DNA of 64,000 nucleotides from assembly GCA_977017575.1 (NCBI GenBank), contig CDRNVI010000048.1, forward strand, positions 248,001 to 312,000, given 5' to 3'. Source of the stretch: Paramoeba atlantica (Eukaryota > Protista > Discosea). Below, piece by piece: positions 10,934 through 21,262 of this stretch. Position numbers and translations under genes: made by a program. Positions within the stretch are counted from its first letter, which is position 1; each line of letters starts with the position of its first letter. The notes under the pieces are model-generated. The model ran no database searches, was not told the origin of the DNA, and was given only the letters and a program-made list of their open reading frames with translations.

Positions 10934-12506
10934 TTACAGCACTGGGAGAAGTGCTGAGACTCTCTGCGTCCCGAGAGCCCTTGCCGTTGTAATACTGCTT
11001 GCGTTGTAGCGCAACAGTGATTCGACGTTGAGGTGTTTCGTGAGGTTCTGGACGTCCTCCATCCTGAGATTCCCGAGGGAGATCTCGTGGAATGGGTAAG
11101 TAATCGCACCTCTTTTTATGTAATGTGTTCCATACCCCGGACCGAGAAGTTGATTCATCCTGTGGTCCATCTCCCGGACCGTCGTGTAACACAGGCGCTG
11201 GCCTGGTCTCAAACTTCCCACAAACTGAGCCAGTTCGGGTGTCCCCGGTCCAGTCACTATCGCGTAGAGGTACGGCCGGTAAGGATTCAGACGGGTTGTC
11301 TTGGTCCCCCTGCCCCAATAAATGATTACCTCGTGACTGGCCACACTCACGAACTGCTCCCGCCTCAGGTCGGCGGTCTCGGTCCATCTCGCAGCGGCTT
11401 TCCAACACAGGAGGCAACACATGCTCTCCTTTACGTCGAGATGACGTCTCAGCTTCTTTAGAAGAAGTGGCGTGATTGGTAGCATCTGCCGCGTGGGTTC
11501 TAGCCCCCCCTGCGCTTGCAGGGCCTTTACGTAGAGACTCAATGGGGTACCTTCGATTCCCATGAGCTCGAAGAGAGTCCTCAATGCCCCTGCGTACCCC
11601 ATGCGCGTCGAGGTAGCGAGAGGCAGAGTCTCCAGGAAGAGCACCGCGTTTGCAGGATTCGCGGTGATTCCCTTCGCCTGGCAATACTCGCGCAGGCGGA
11701 ACCACAGTCCAAATCCAAAAAAAATCCAAATCATTCCGGATTGCTCCGGATGGTCACTGGCAAGCCAGACCCTTCACAGACAGATTTGGAAGTTCCGAGG
11801 CCGACGTCCTCTACCAGTTTCCGCTTGTCCAAGGCGGCACCAACGTGCTGTTACCAACACGCTGCGTCGACGAACTGTACGTCAACACGGCTTACCCAAG
11901 AGGTGTAAGCCGGGTAAGGGAGCTGGTTCCCCGAGGGGAGGGTCCGGGACGGTCCTCCGAGTACTGGGCCTAGTCGGTTATCAGCCCAGCCTCTTAGAGT
12001 GAGGCCGCCGGGAATATTGCGATGAGCGGGTTTGAACTCGCCGTCTGAGCACCATGTGCTTCAAACTTTGAATTCTTGCCACTCCGCCACCTCCGCAAGA
12101 ACCACAGTCGCTCCCTTGTGGCCCACGTGGCCGTTGCCCACATGGGCTGGAGCGCCTCGCCCAACTGGGTGGCGCGAGGATCGTCGGCGGGCATCCTCAG
12201 AATGGCCTCGAGCAGCTGCTTGCGGTGTTTTCCTGGCGGCTGTGCGGCGTCGGCGGTTACGACGGCGGCGGGTTTGGCGGCGGCGGGTTTGGGAGGAACG
12301 GTGAGCCGGGGGAGAGGAAGTGCCGGAAGAGAGACGCTGCGACGTCGTAGCCGTAACGGGGAGAGAGGGCGTGGAGGAGGAGTATTGCCACGCACGCGTG
12401 GCCGTCTTTCGCGCTGGCGGAGGGACGGAGAGGGAACAGGTGTATGAAAATCCACCCGTCGTCGCCTGGGACGACGGGCACGAGCAGTGATTGGGGTGGG
12501 GGGCAT
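10934..12506 (-). pseudogene. Tyrosine recombinase interrupted by SINE copy 2
   Basis: Removing 11710-12098 plus one TSD restores ...ATWATRERLWF|RLREYCQAK... Catalytic motifs: AAR, HYIKR, H...LLRY. Confidence 0.85.
11710..12098 (-). mobile_element. tRNA-headed SINE, copy 2
   Basis: 11-bp TSD GACTGTGGTTC (11699-11709 / 12099-12109); near-identical to 6815-7199. Confidence 0.9.
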
Positions 12507-12509
12507 TTC

Positions 12510-13910
12510 CTAGTGGAAAGCCCGTGTTGCGCCGTAACGGTTGGCGCCGCCCACCACCCCGCCGCGAAAATCCTGTTGCGGGGTGCGCTGGGTACGGAAC
12601 TGCCCCCCCTGCTGTTGGGACGATTGGGGGCAGTTCGATCGTAGGTGGCCTGGCTGATGGCAGCCAAAACAGAAAGGTCCTTGGCTGCGTCGTCGGGGAG
12701 CACGCGTAGCGGTTCGGCCCCTCAGTTGCTCATCCACAACGAGCTGACCGTAACGGTCCTGAGGATCGTCGTCACGGTGCAAACGCTGTTGCACACGCTC
12801 GACAGCAACGCCCGCCGCAGCCCAACAATGGTTGCGAAGCTCTTCGATGATGAGAAGGGCTACGGCGAGGTTGTGCTTCTCTAGCCATCCCTCCGTATTA
12901 CACGCAGCGTACACCCATTCAGTTAACATTTTGAACAGGCGCTCACGCTGCGGCGGCGGGTTGAAGCGTACCCCAAGCTGCGGAGCTTCGCGCAGCTCAC
13001 GGATGAGTTCACGTGGCTTGAACAAATCATCCGTGTCGATCCACGGTTGCCAAGTAACCGGATCGTAGGGGGAGAAGCCTTTCGGGTCCGTAATACGGAC
13101 GCGTTCAAACGTGGGGATCAGATCTTCAACTGGTTTCCCACCCGGCATCTGCGCCCGAACATGGGCCAGTTCCAAAGAGTGGTAGTTGATCTCGGGATGG
13201 GGAAAACGGTAGGCAGTGTTCTTGTCCCCATCCCACTCGGCGAACAACTCAGTTGAGTTAGGGTCCTTTGGATGCGTCATATGCACCAACCCTATAACCG
13301 TCTGCCGTAGGCCATCCCGGGGAAGGGACCATACAGCCTCGACGGTGACCTCATAGTCTTTGCGCAGAAGCTCAATCACTTTCGTGATGAATTCTTCTTT
13401 GCTAGATTGTGTAATGATCCCACGCGCATCACAGCGTGAACGCTGAGGCATCCCGACGTGGTCAAGGTCGAGGGCCTCGTAACGGCGCGGCGAGCGAGAA
13501 GCCTCAACCTGGTCAGGGTTGAGGGTTCCTCTACGTCGAACATGGGGCTCCGGAGCCTCCAGCGGAAATGGATACGGGCTAGGGAGGGAGCTCGCCGGCA
13601 AACTAGGGAGGTTGGAAGGGAGAGGGCTAGGCGGTTCGCGGGCGGGGCTGAGTGCTCTTCCTGAAGGGCGTACCTTGCGACGCGCCGGTCCAGGGGTAGG
13701 GGGAACAGGAGGAGGTCGCGCGGATACCTGCGGAGCCGGCTGCGTGGGAAGAGGAGGGAGAGGGGGGCGCACGGGAGGACATGAAAGAGACTGGCGTTTC
13801 GAACGGGCAAAAGAGGAGGTTTCAACCGGTGTTGGCGCCCGGTCACGCTTTGGAGAGCGATCACGGTCCTGGCTCGGCTCCTGAGGAGCCCGCAAACGTT
13901 GGGATCTCAT
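12510..13910 (-). CDS. Gag-like protein with CCHC zinc knuckle
   Basis: CFGCHQPGHLRSNC near the C-terminus and a Pro/Ser/Arg-rich N-terminus. The likely start is ATG 13910; the extra 57 codons in the ORF track are AT-rich sequence shared with 3915-4090. Confidence 0.8.
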   Translation of the reverse strand: MRSQRLRAPQEPSQDRDRSPKRDRAPTPVETSSFARSKRQSLSCPPVRPPLPPLPTQPAPQVSARPPPVPPTPGPARRKVRPSGRALSPAREPPSPLPSNLPSLPASSLPSPYPFPLEAPEPHVRRRGTLNPDQVEASRSPRRYEALDLDHVGMPQRSRCDARGIITQSSKEEFITKVIELLRKDYEVTVEAVWSLPRDGLRQTVIGLVHMTHPKDPNSTELFAEWDGDKNTAYRFPHPEINYHSLELAHVRAQMPGGKPVEDLIPTFERVRITDPKGFSPYDPVTWQPWIDTDDLFKPRELIRELREAPQLGVRFNPPPQRERLFKMLTEWVYAACNTEGWLEKHNLAVALLIIEELRNHCWAAAGVAVERVQQRLHRDDDPQDRYGQLVVDEQLRGRTATRAPRRRSQGPFCFGCHQPGHLRSNCPQSSQQQGGQFRTQRTPQQDFRGGVVGGANRYGATRAFH

Positions 13911-14092
13911 TCTTAAACAAAAACTTAAAGCAAAGTAAAATAACAACCTAACAAGGATATATAAGATAATAGTAAATACCCATCCCATGTAAAATTCTGA
14001 ATACAAATCATAATTCGAAGAAACTATGTGCCCCGAAGGGCCAGCAGGCAAATACATAACAGCCCCTCGGCTAAATTTCAAAACGTGGACTA

Positions 14093-16381
14093 TTACTCGT
14101 GTGGTATATCTTCCAAAAACTTGCTAAAAATAACCTCGGAGCTCACAGTATCTGTAGTTTTGACGTGGCCTTCTGGGTACCAAGCGCCAAAGCGGTAGTG
14201 ACAAAAAAACAAAAAAAAGTATACAATAGTATACGCTGCTAGCTTTTCTATCTCGAGTTGGAAGGCCTCACGTACGTCTTCGTACTTTTGTTTGGCTCGT
14301 TGGGATAATGCCTTGAGGAGGGTTTTGGTGTCGTTGTGCAGAAAACCGCAGTCTGAGGCGGCCAGGCAACGAAAAGAGTCGCTTTCTACGCCTTTCTCCG
14401 TAACGTACTTCTTGAATTTCTTGTCGAGCACGTGCTGCATCAGCGCTGTACTTGTTTGTTTGGCATAGCTGCTGCAACAAGTGTGAACAACGGTAAAATC
14501 ATACAGGACCTCCCCCATGTGGGGCCACATAATAGCAAGATCAGGACCGGATCGGATTCTGCGGGCTTTGCAAGGATGATGTTCAGCTACTTCCGCTGAG
14601 ATGGAACACTTGCACTTAGTACAGAAAAACGAAGAATGGATGCGCGGTTCGATAATACAAGGGAGACCAGCTTTGGAGCACAAATCTGCGAGGTACCTCA
14701 CTATGTGTGAGTGCTTTCTGGTGCAATTCATGCCCGAGCACCGGGAGCATCCTGCGACGTGTGGTATAATGCTGGTAGGAGATTCATGGCCACATCATCC
14801 AGGGCATATAACATCGGCCGGTGCGTTATGTAATCCGATGCCCAAACGCATCATCAAAGTGTATCGGAAGAGGTACGGGTTTACATAATTGCTGGTGCTT
14901 TCTAAATGCATGTTTGATTCCTTTGTACGCTTCAATAAAAGTCCCATGTGAGAATCCTTCTGCAGCTCAGTTATCTGTTTATCGTGTTCTGCACTTAGCT
15001 TCTTTTTCAATAGCTTGCGCGCTGCCTCTCCTCGACTTTGCGGTTGTTTCACAGCTTTTTCGCTGCCTTTCTGATCTACCGGAGCGTTATTGGGTTTAAG
15101 GTGCTCATCAATAGATTTGCTGGCAGTTTCGAAGAAATGTTTTTGCTTCAGAGTCGAGGAAATTAAGCCTAGGCCACCGAGTTTCTGTGGTAGAGCGGCG
15201 AGTTTCAGGGCGTTTGCGTCTGCTCCACTCCACTTTTCTAGAACTTTGTTTACTTGGTTCTCGAAGGATTGTGCTAGTTGGAAAGTAGCGCCTGGCCGAT
15301 GTACTCGTAGATGGTAATCGTGCCGTGGAATCGTACAACGGCGGAGAATGGCAAGAGACAAATTACTGGGACCCATAAGCAACAACCTGCGGCAACAACC
15401 TACGTCAGGGCATTCGACTTTTGTCGAATGATGGGGCGTAGCGACCCCAGCTTCCCTAGCTAACTCACCCGGCGTCGCACAACAAGACGCTACATACCTA
15501 GGGTGGGTACGATCAAGGTCCCGCGGATGACACTACCCGGTGCCAACAAAACAAGGCACAAAATAACTAGGGTAACGGTCACCCAGGCATCGCAGCGTGA
15601 GAATGACACCGCCCGGTACCGGATATAACAAGGTACTAAGAAACTAGGGTGGGTGTCATTCAGCATAATCTTTGGAGTGTGTTGTGTTTTTCACTTCAAA
15701 AGAAGTGTTTTTTCATAAGGAATATTTTCTTGTAGTATATAAAAGGGGATAAAAAAAGATAAGCTGGCTGCTCGCGCTCGATCTGGTCAAATCTTCGAAT
15801 TTGACTTGCGTGCTGCGTGGTACAGCTCCTAGCAAGCGATAAGGGGAGGCTTGTTCTTGGGAGGTAACATCTCCTCGGAGATATATTGCCTAATTCATCA
15901 TCATCATCGACAACCTGCGGAATAGGCACTTGTGTTTCTCCATTTTCTTGATCAGCAGATTTTCCACGACTTGGTCTGTACCTACGTATGCGCCTAAGAC
16001 TTTTATCGCATCACTGCAAAAGTTTACTCCAAGTTTTTCCAACGGAGGAGGCTGAGCTATGTTGGGAATGTTCTTCTGAAACCAATCGCATTTCTGGAAA
16101 TTAATTCGGAGGTTCATCTCTGCGGCGATCTCACGCAGGTAAAAGAAAGCTGCCTCCAATGCTTGCACGTTTTTGGAGCTCAAAGTCACATCGTCTTGGT
16201 ATGCTCGGATCTTCACGTCAGGATAGAGGTGCATGAGTTCTCGTAGCGGGCCTTGCAAAAGTGCGCAGAAGTACATTGATGAAAGTGCCGATCCTTGGCG
16301 AATTCCTGAAGAGCTTTCGATGGTAGCAAACAGAGCATTGTGCGCAAAAAATAGCAGCTCAGAGGGAATCCCATATTCTAG
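14093..16381 (-). pseudogene. 5'-truncated SLACS/CZAR-like RT-REL element, distinct from the CRE families and interrupted
   Basis: GIRQG...AYQDD (16381-15910); LPQKLGGLG (15392-14795); in-frame TGA at 14795-14797 in CPG*CG...H..GC; EPR...GPDL...DFTV REL motifs (14731-14093). Split by the 517-bp insertion. Confidence 0.75.
15393..15909 (+). mobile_element. 517-bp non-coding insertion with a (CAT)4 tail and three tandem hairpin motifs
   Basis: 11-bp TSD ACAACCTGCGG (15382-15392 / 15910-15920). Removal restores LFRRL|LLM. It is the only clearly plus-oriented element. Confidence 0.85.
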
Positions 16382-16400
16382 TTTTTTTTTTTTTTTTTTT

Positions 16401-19400
16401 GCAGATAATAGGGGGGGAAGAGTACGAGTTCTAATTTTATATATGTATGTACGGTATGACTTTCTCACTTACTTTCCTACTTGCTCAACTTCTTTCCCTC
16501 ACTTCCCCCCATTTTGAAAACCAGCAAAATATATAACTAGCAAATACATGCTTTCCCATCTTACCCACTTCCCCTTACCAATCTTACCAGCTTTCCAGGG
16601 AGGGTAAGGTCTCCCTCGGTTAGGAGGGGCAGACTTTTCCCGAACCATTCGCGCGTTCCGGACCGGGTCTTTCGACCTCTCCCAGCTTGCCTTGTTAACC
16701 CTTCTCTTGTTGTACGAGAGGGCGCAAGCAATGGGCCTGTGCCGACAGCGGCACGGTCGCGGAGCATGATGCTGGCCGACGGGGAGGAACAAAGTTCCCT
16801 ACCCATGTCCTACCTCACTTGGAGTACCTAGCCCTGGCGGACTAGGCGTGAGCATAGACCCTGCCGGCATCGACCAGCATCCGGACCAGCTGTTCGGGTT
16901 CCGGCTGAGCGGCCCATCTTGCACATCCGTCATCGTGCTATTGCTCGATTAAAGGGGGCAAGGGGTCCACAGCCGGCAGGCGCGTAATCATCATGCGTGC
17001 CTGGCAACGCATCAATGTTACGTTCATGTCGGTCACGAGACGGAGCGTAGAGGCCTCGTCTGTCAAGATACCGTTGGACGCTTTTGCCCTTCGTTCTCCA
17101 ACCTTCCGGAGAACGGCTAAAGCACTGGCACTCCAAGAGCCATAGCTCTCGACCACCATAGCTGTGAAATCGCTTCCGGCATCTTCAGATTCACGGCGTT
17201 GTCGGACTTTCTGCTCTGAGGCATAATGCTCTGCGAAGGACCCCGCGGCCACCCAGCTAGCATTTCGGACTGTGTCCGTGTATTTAAATTGCTGGGCGTG
17301 AGTGACCGCGAAGTCAAGCACGATAGGTTTCCCGAGGAAGAGACTCGGAAGGAAGACGTCCCCGGGTCTAGTCAGAGCGCCTCCGGGGCCCCGGTTCCCG
17401 AGGCTTTTTTCCCGTTGGGGAGCTAGGCGTGCGTTACTGCAAGTATCGGCAAAGTGATCGGCCAAGGCGTTGTGACGGCCGATAATACCGTCCCCGTGCT
17501 TGCATGTGAGAGCGTGATCGCCGTGTATGTCCAATGGGAGTGTGCAGTTCCCCTTGGGACATGTACCTTCTTCCCCGTACACGGGCACACCTAACCACCA
17601 GCGGGATAGGATGCGGAATTCTGTGGGGTTAAAGGCGTGGCCCGTGTCTCTGGAAGGAGTTACGAACGCCCAGCTGCTTGCTCCTTTACCACACTGAGAA
17701 GCCCAGCGTGCGCGAGTCCGGGCGTCGGCGTTTTCATATGCGTGCGAGAACTCTGTGGCAGAGATCGCGTAACTTATGTCTTTTTGGCGGGGGACGCTAT
17801 TACTTGCCCAGTCGGGTGGATCCGCGTCAACGCAATCTTCGGATGCGTAAAGGGGGTTTGTATCGTGTGGAAAGTCTTCGGAATGAGGCAATGCGCGGTC
17901 ACGAGGAAGGGAAGGCGGATTTGCGGGTTCAAAGGGATGTCTGGTTTCTCCCTCGCGAGATCTCTTGGTGAAGCGAGCTTTGGGGGAGAGTTCTTCACAT
18001 TTATGGCGCGGGATGGAACGCACGAGTCCGTTTGAGTCGAGTAGACTGATACCAACTTTCGAGTTCACGTCTTCAATCGATTGTAGAAAGCCCTCCACTT
18101 CTGAAGCATCCCATGAGTCCGTGGCCGCCGCGAAAACTACAGAGGAGGCGTAAGCGGAGGATGCGTGCACGGTCGACGATTTTAAACCGAAACCTCCGTG
18201 TCTTTTCAAGCGCTGAATTTGGGCGCGTGCGGAGGGAGGCAAAGGACATAGAGTGGATTCGACCGCGTGCATTAGGAAGTCGTCGAGCCGCTTGCAGAGG
18301 TTCATAACTGATTGCGGGGGCGTCGTTCGTAGAGCATGTACCAATTTGCAGAATCCAGCACATTGTCGAATTAGCGCCATGGATACCTGGGGGTCCCGGA
18401 TTCTGGTTATGGCATCAAGGGCCATTTCGGCGGGCTCAACCGCGTGTGTCAGCAGATATTCAGTACAGTACTCAGGGGACCCAATTGGGCTTCCTAGGAC
18501 ACTAAAGTTACCGCACACGTTTATTTTGGCGTCGGGTATGTCCGGAAATATGGTTACAACGTTAACCGAGGCAGGGGGGGTGATTATTTCGCACTTGGAC
18601 ATGTTCAGATATAGGCCCCATCGCGGACCTACTCTGGCGATTGTATCCAACGAATTCCTGACGTCTTCTGCCCTGCCAATGAGAATCCCGTCGTCTAGGT
18701 ACCATAGCTGCAAGTCCAGGTCGGCCTGGTGATAGATTTCTTTTGCAAGTTCCAAGGAGACCAGTGAAAAGAAAAGTGGTCCCAGGGGATCGCCCTGTTG
18801 GACGCCTTCATCCGAAAGGAGTGTGTGGTAACGATAGGTCAAAGCACTAGTTGTCGTATAGCACCAGCTAGCCCAGGGGAACAATTCCGGAAAATGATCG
18901 CCTACAAGTTTCAAGAAAGTTGCTCTGCTAACGTTGTTGAATGCGTTGCTTAGGTCGACTTTACATAATACCATGTCGGGGTTGTCCGTATGAATTGTCA
19001 TTGCGTGCCGTGAATTATTCGTTCCGAACCGGCCGGTGTCGCGACGCCGAACTGTAGTCCCTTAAAAAATTCCCTGGCTTTGCTCCTCACTGCATTGCAA
19101 GCCGCTTTGCTTACCAATCGACGTATCGTTTCTCCCGCTGCTATGGGGCGGACGTCATTTTCGCCCTTTTCAAGCGCGCAAAGTCTGGCTCCCGCAAAAT
19201 ATGGTTGTACCTCTAGGGGTGCTTTCCCGGCTAGTAGATGATTCACGAGGTTTTTAAGGGCAGTAAGGGGTTTCACGGTGTTATCTACGTGCGCCAGGAG
19301 TACAGCTTGCAAGTGCTCGGGTCGTAAACCCATGGTTCCGGACGAGGAACCCCGGTGAAAGCTCTTGATAGTTTTCGCTACCACGCGTTCATCCATTATT

Positions 19401-20848
19401 AGGGGCGCTGTGGGCGGAGGCGTATAGTCGATGATGTCACTGTCTGGATGTCGGGGCGGGTGCTTGCTCTGAAGTTTGAGGAGTGTATCTTCGTCGTCAG
19501 GGGCCATAGCATCCGCCGTGAGTGCAGCCATACCCCTAGAGTACTCGCCTTGTCGAGCTAGAAGCTCTGCTCGGATAGCTGCCTTTTCCTCTTCGTCGTG
19601 AACGGTTGTAGGGGCTACAGATTGTTTCTTGAGTGCGTTGTCTACTGCTTCATTCCATAGGGAGACATAATCTTGCGCGAGCCATCGGTTCATGCACTTC
19701 TGGACGTATGATGCGTAAGTTGTGTGGTTCTTACGTCCTCCTCGGGGTGGGGCGGGTAGTAAGCACTTGGGGAGCATGGCGAATAGGGTCCACGCGGCTG
19801 TAGAGTTTTCGGTGACTGCGTTTTGGGCTGCTTTGGTGATAATTTCTCCCCACAGTTGACGGCAACGTGGAGGTACGTCCTTGCAAGTGTTCAGGCGCAG
19901 CGTGCAGATAGAGGATAGCGAGGGAAGTTCAGAGTGATGAGTTTGAGTCCCCGGAAGGTGGCTTGGGTCGCTCGAGTGTGCTGCGCGCGATGGGATTTGG
20001 GGGTTCGCAACGTTCCCTTTGCAGGCTTGTGGATGAGCTTCCCTTTTGTTGATGTCATAATGGCGCCCGCATAAGTTGCAAAGAAATCGGCCTTCTGCAT
20101 CCCACCAGGTAGCGGGAACTCCGTTTCCGTGGCGACACGCGACGTGGTTATAAAACGCTTGCCAAGACCCTCCGTGCGGCAGACTTCTCCAAGTGCATCC
20201 CATGGCCGGACATTCCCGAGTCTCTTCTCTTGTTTGTGTCTTTTCAGCGAAGTTATTTTGGTTTGCGGCGTGTCGCGGTGAAGAGAAATATGTCCGGGGC
20301 TCCGGTGTTCGCCTTGACGAGCGCGAGTCCGCTTTGGTCACTCCTTTCGATGGGGAAGTGTTTCGACCTTGGTGGGAAAGAGCATCCTTCACTGCGGATT
20401 TGAGCGTCCGAGCTTCATCGGGGATCTTTGATGTGGGTGTAGCCTCGTGAGTAATTTTCTGCCTTCTCACTCCACAGTGCTGCATCTCCTCGTCTTCGGC
20501 CTCTACGTGGCCCGTGTCTGGGGTTTCCTTTTCCTGGGAGATGTGACGTGCGCGTTCCAACCATTCCTTAGGAATATTCTCCGGGATTGGTGTAGTGTAG
20601 AGTTGTTCGTCGTATGTGCTGACAGCGCGAATCAAATGCTTGTTTCCTTGGAATTGGTCCCAACTGCCGAGGGAGTGCGCACGTTCTTCGTCGGCGAGAG
20701 CGCCTACGCTGAGAGTTCCTTCCTTTGCACTCATATGGGATGAGGGGTGGTCCTCGTTCGAGCGTGCGGGGCTCTGAGGAGTATTGGTTTGCGTCATAAA
20801 AGAGCTGGGCCCCGAGAGAATACTGCGTAAAAAAATTTCAACAAGGTA
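16401..20848 (-). mobile_element. Full-length CRE-clade element, family C copy 1 (frameshifted)
   Basis: SL head, ORF 20797-18998 plus 19001-16938, structured 3' UTR, poly(A) 16382-16400. Confidence 0.92.
16938..20797 (-). pseudogene. Family C ORF split by a 7-nt deletion (ATGA overlap at 18998-19001)
   Basis: Homologs have 15 nt between H and M in ERVIH-LCRRA-M; here there are only 8 nt. Confidence 0.8.
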
Positions 20849-20884
20849 CAACAAGGTACAGAAACTGTATCTTTATCGTTAAAG
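20849..20884 (-). ncRNA. SL-exon-like head of C1 (with a 10-nt duplication of its 3' end, 20839-20848)
   Basis: ...CTGTACCTTGTT-GTACCTTGTTG-AAATTT. Confidence 0.8.
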
Positions 20885-21262
20885 TTTACTCCAAGTTTTT
20901 CCAACGGAGGAGGCTGAGCTATGTTGGGAATGTTCTTCTGAAACCAATCGCATTTCTGGAAATTAATTCGGAGGTTCATCTCTGCGGCGATCTCACGCAG
21001 GTAAAAGAAAGCTGCCTCCAATGCTTGCACGTTTTTGGAGCTCAAAGTCACATCGTCTTGGTATGCTCGGATCTTCACGTCAGGATAGAGGTGCATGAGT
21101 TCTCGTAGCGGGCCTTGCAAAAGTGCGCAGAAGTACATTGATGAAAGTGCCGATCCTTGGCGAATTCCTGAAGAGCTTTCGATGGTAGCAAACAGAGCAT
21201 TGTGCGCAAAAAATAGCAGCTCAGAGGGAATCCCATATTCTAGTTTTTTTTTTTTTTTTTTT

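Larger units (their letters stand above)
9229..13918 (-). mobile_element. VIPER/TATE-like tyrosine-recombinase retroelement (gag - YR - RT/RNase H), ending in poly(A)
   Basis: The ORF order gag, YR, RT-RH is the kinetoplastid VIPER/TATE arrangement. A 23 poly(A) tract at 9206-9228 follows 20 nt after the RT-RH stop. Confidence 0.85.

Noticed and set aside
13911-14081. Hydrophobic N-terminal extension (possible membrane segment) of gag
   Set aside because: This DNA is identical to the non-coding AT-rich spacer at 3915-4090, so the fusion is incidental.
14795-14797. UGA recoding (Trp/Sec) in the SLACS-like ORF
   Set aside because: It is a single instance explainable by a 3-nt GAT duplication in an already disrupted copy, and long intact ORFs use the standard stops.
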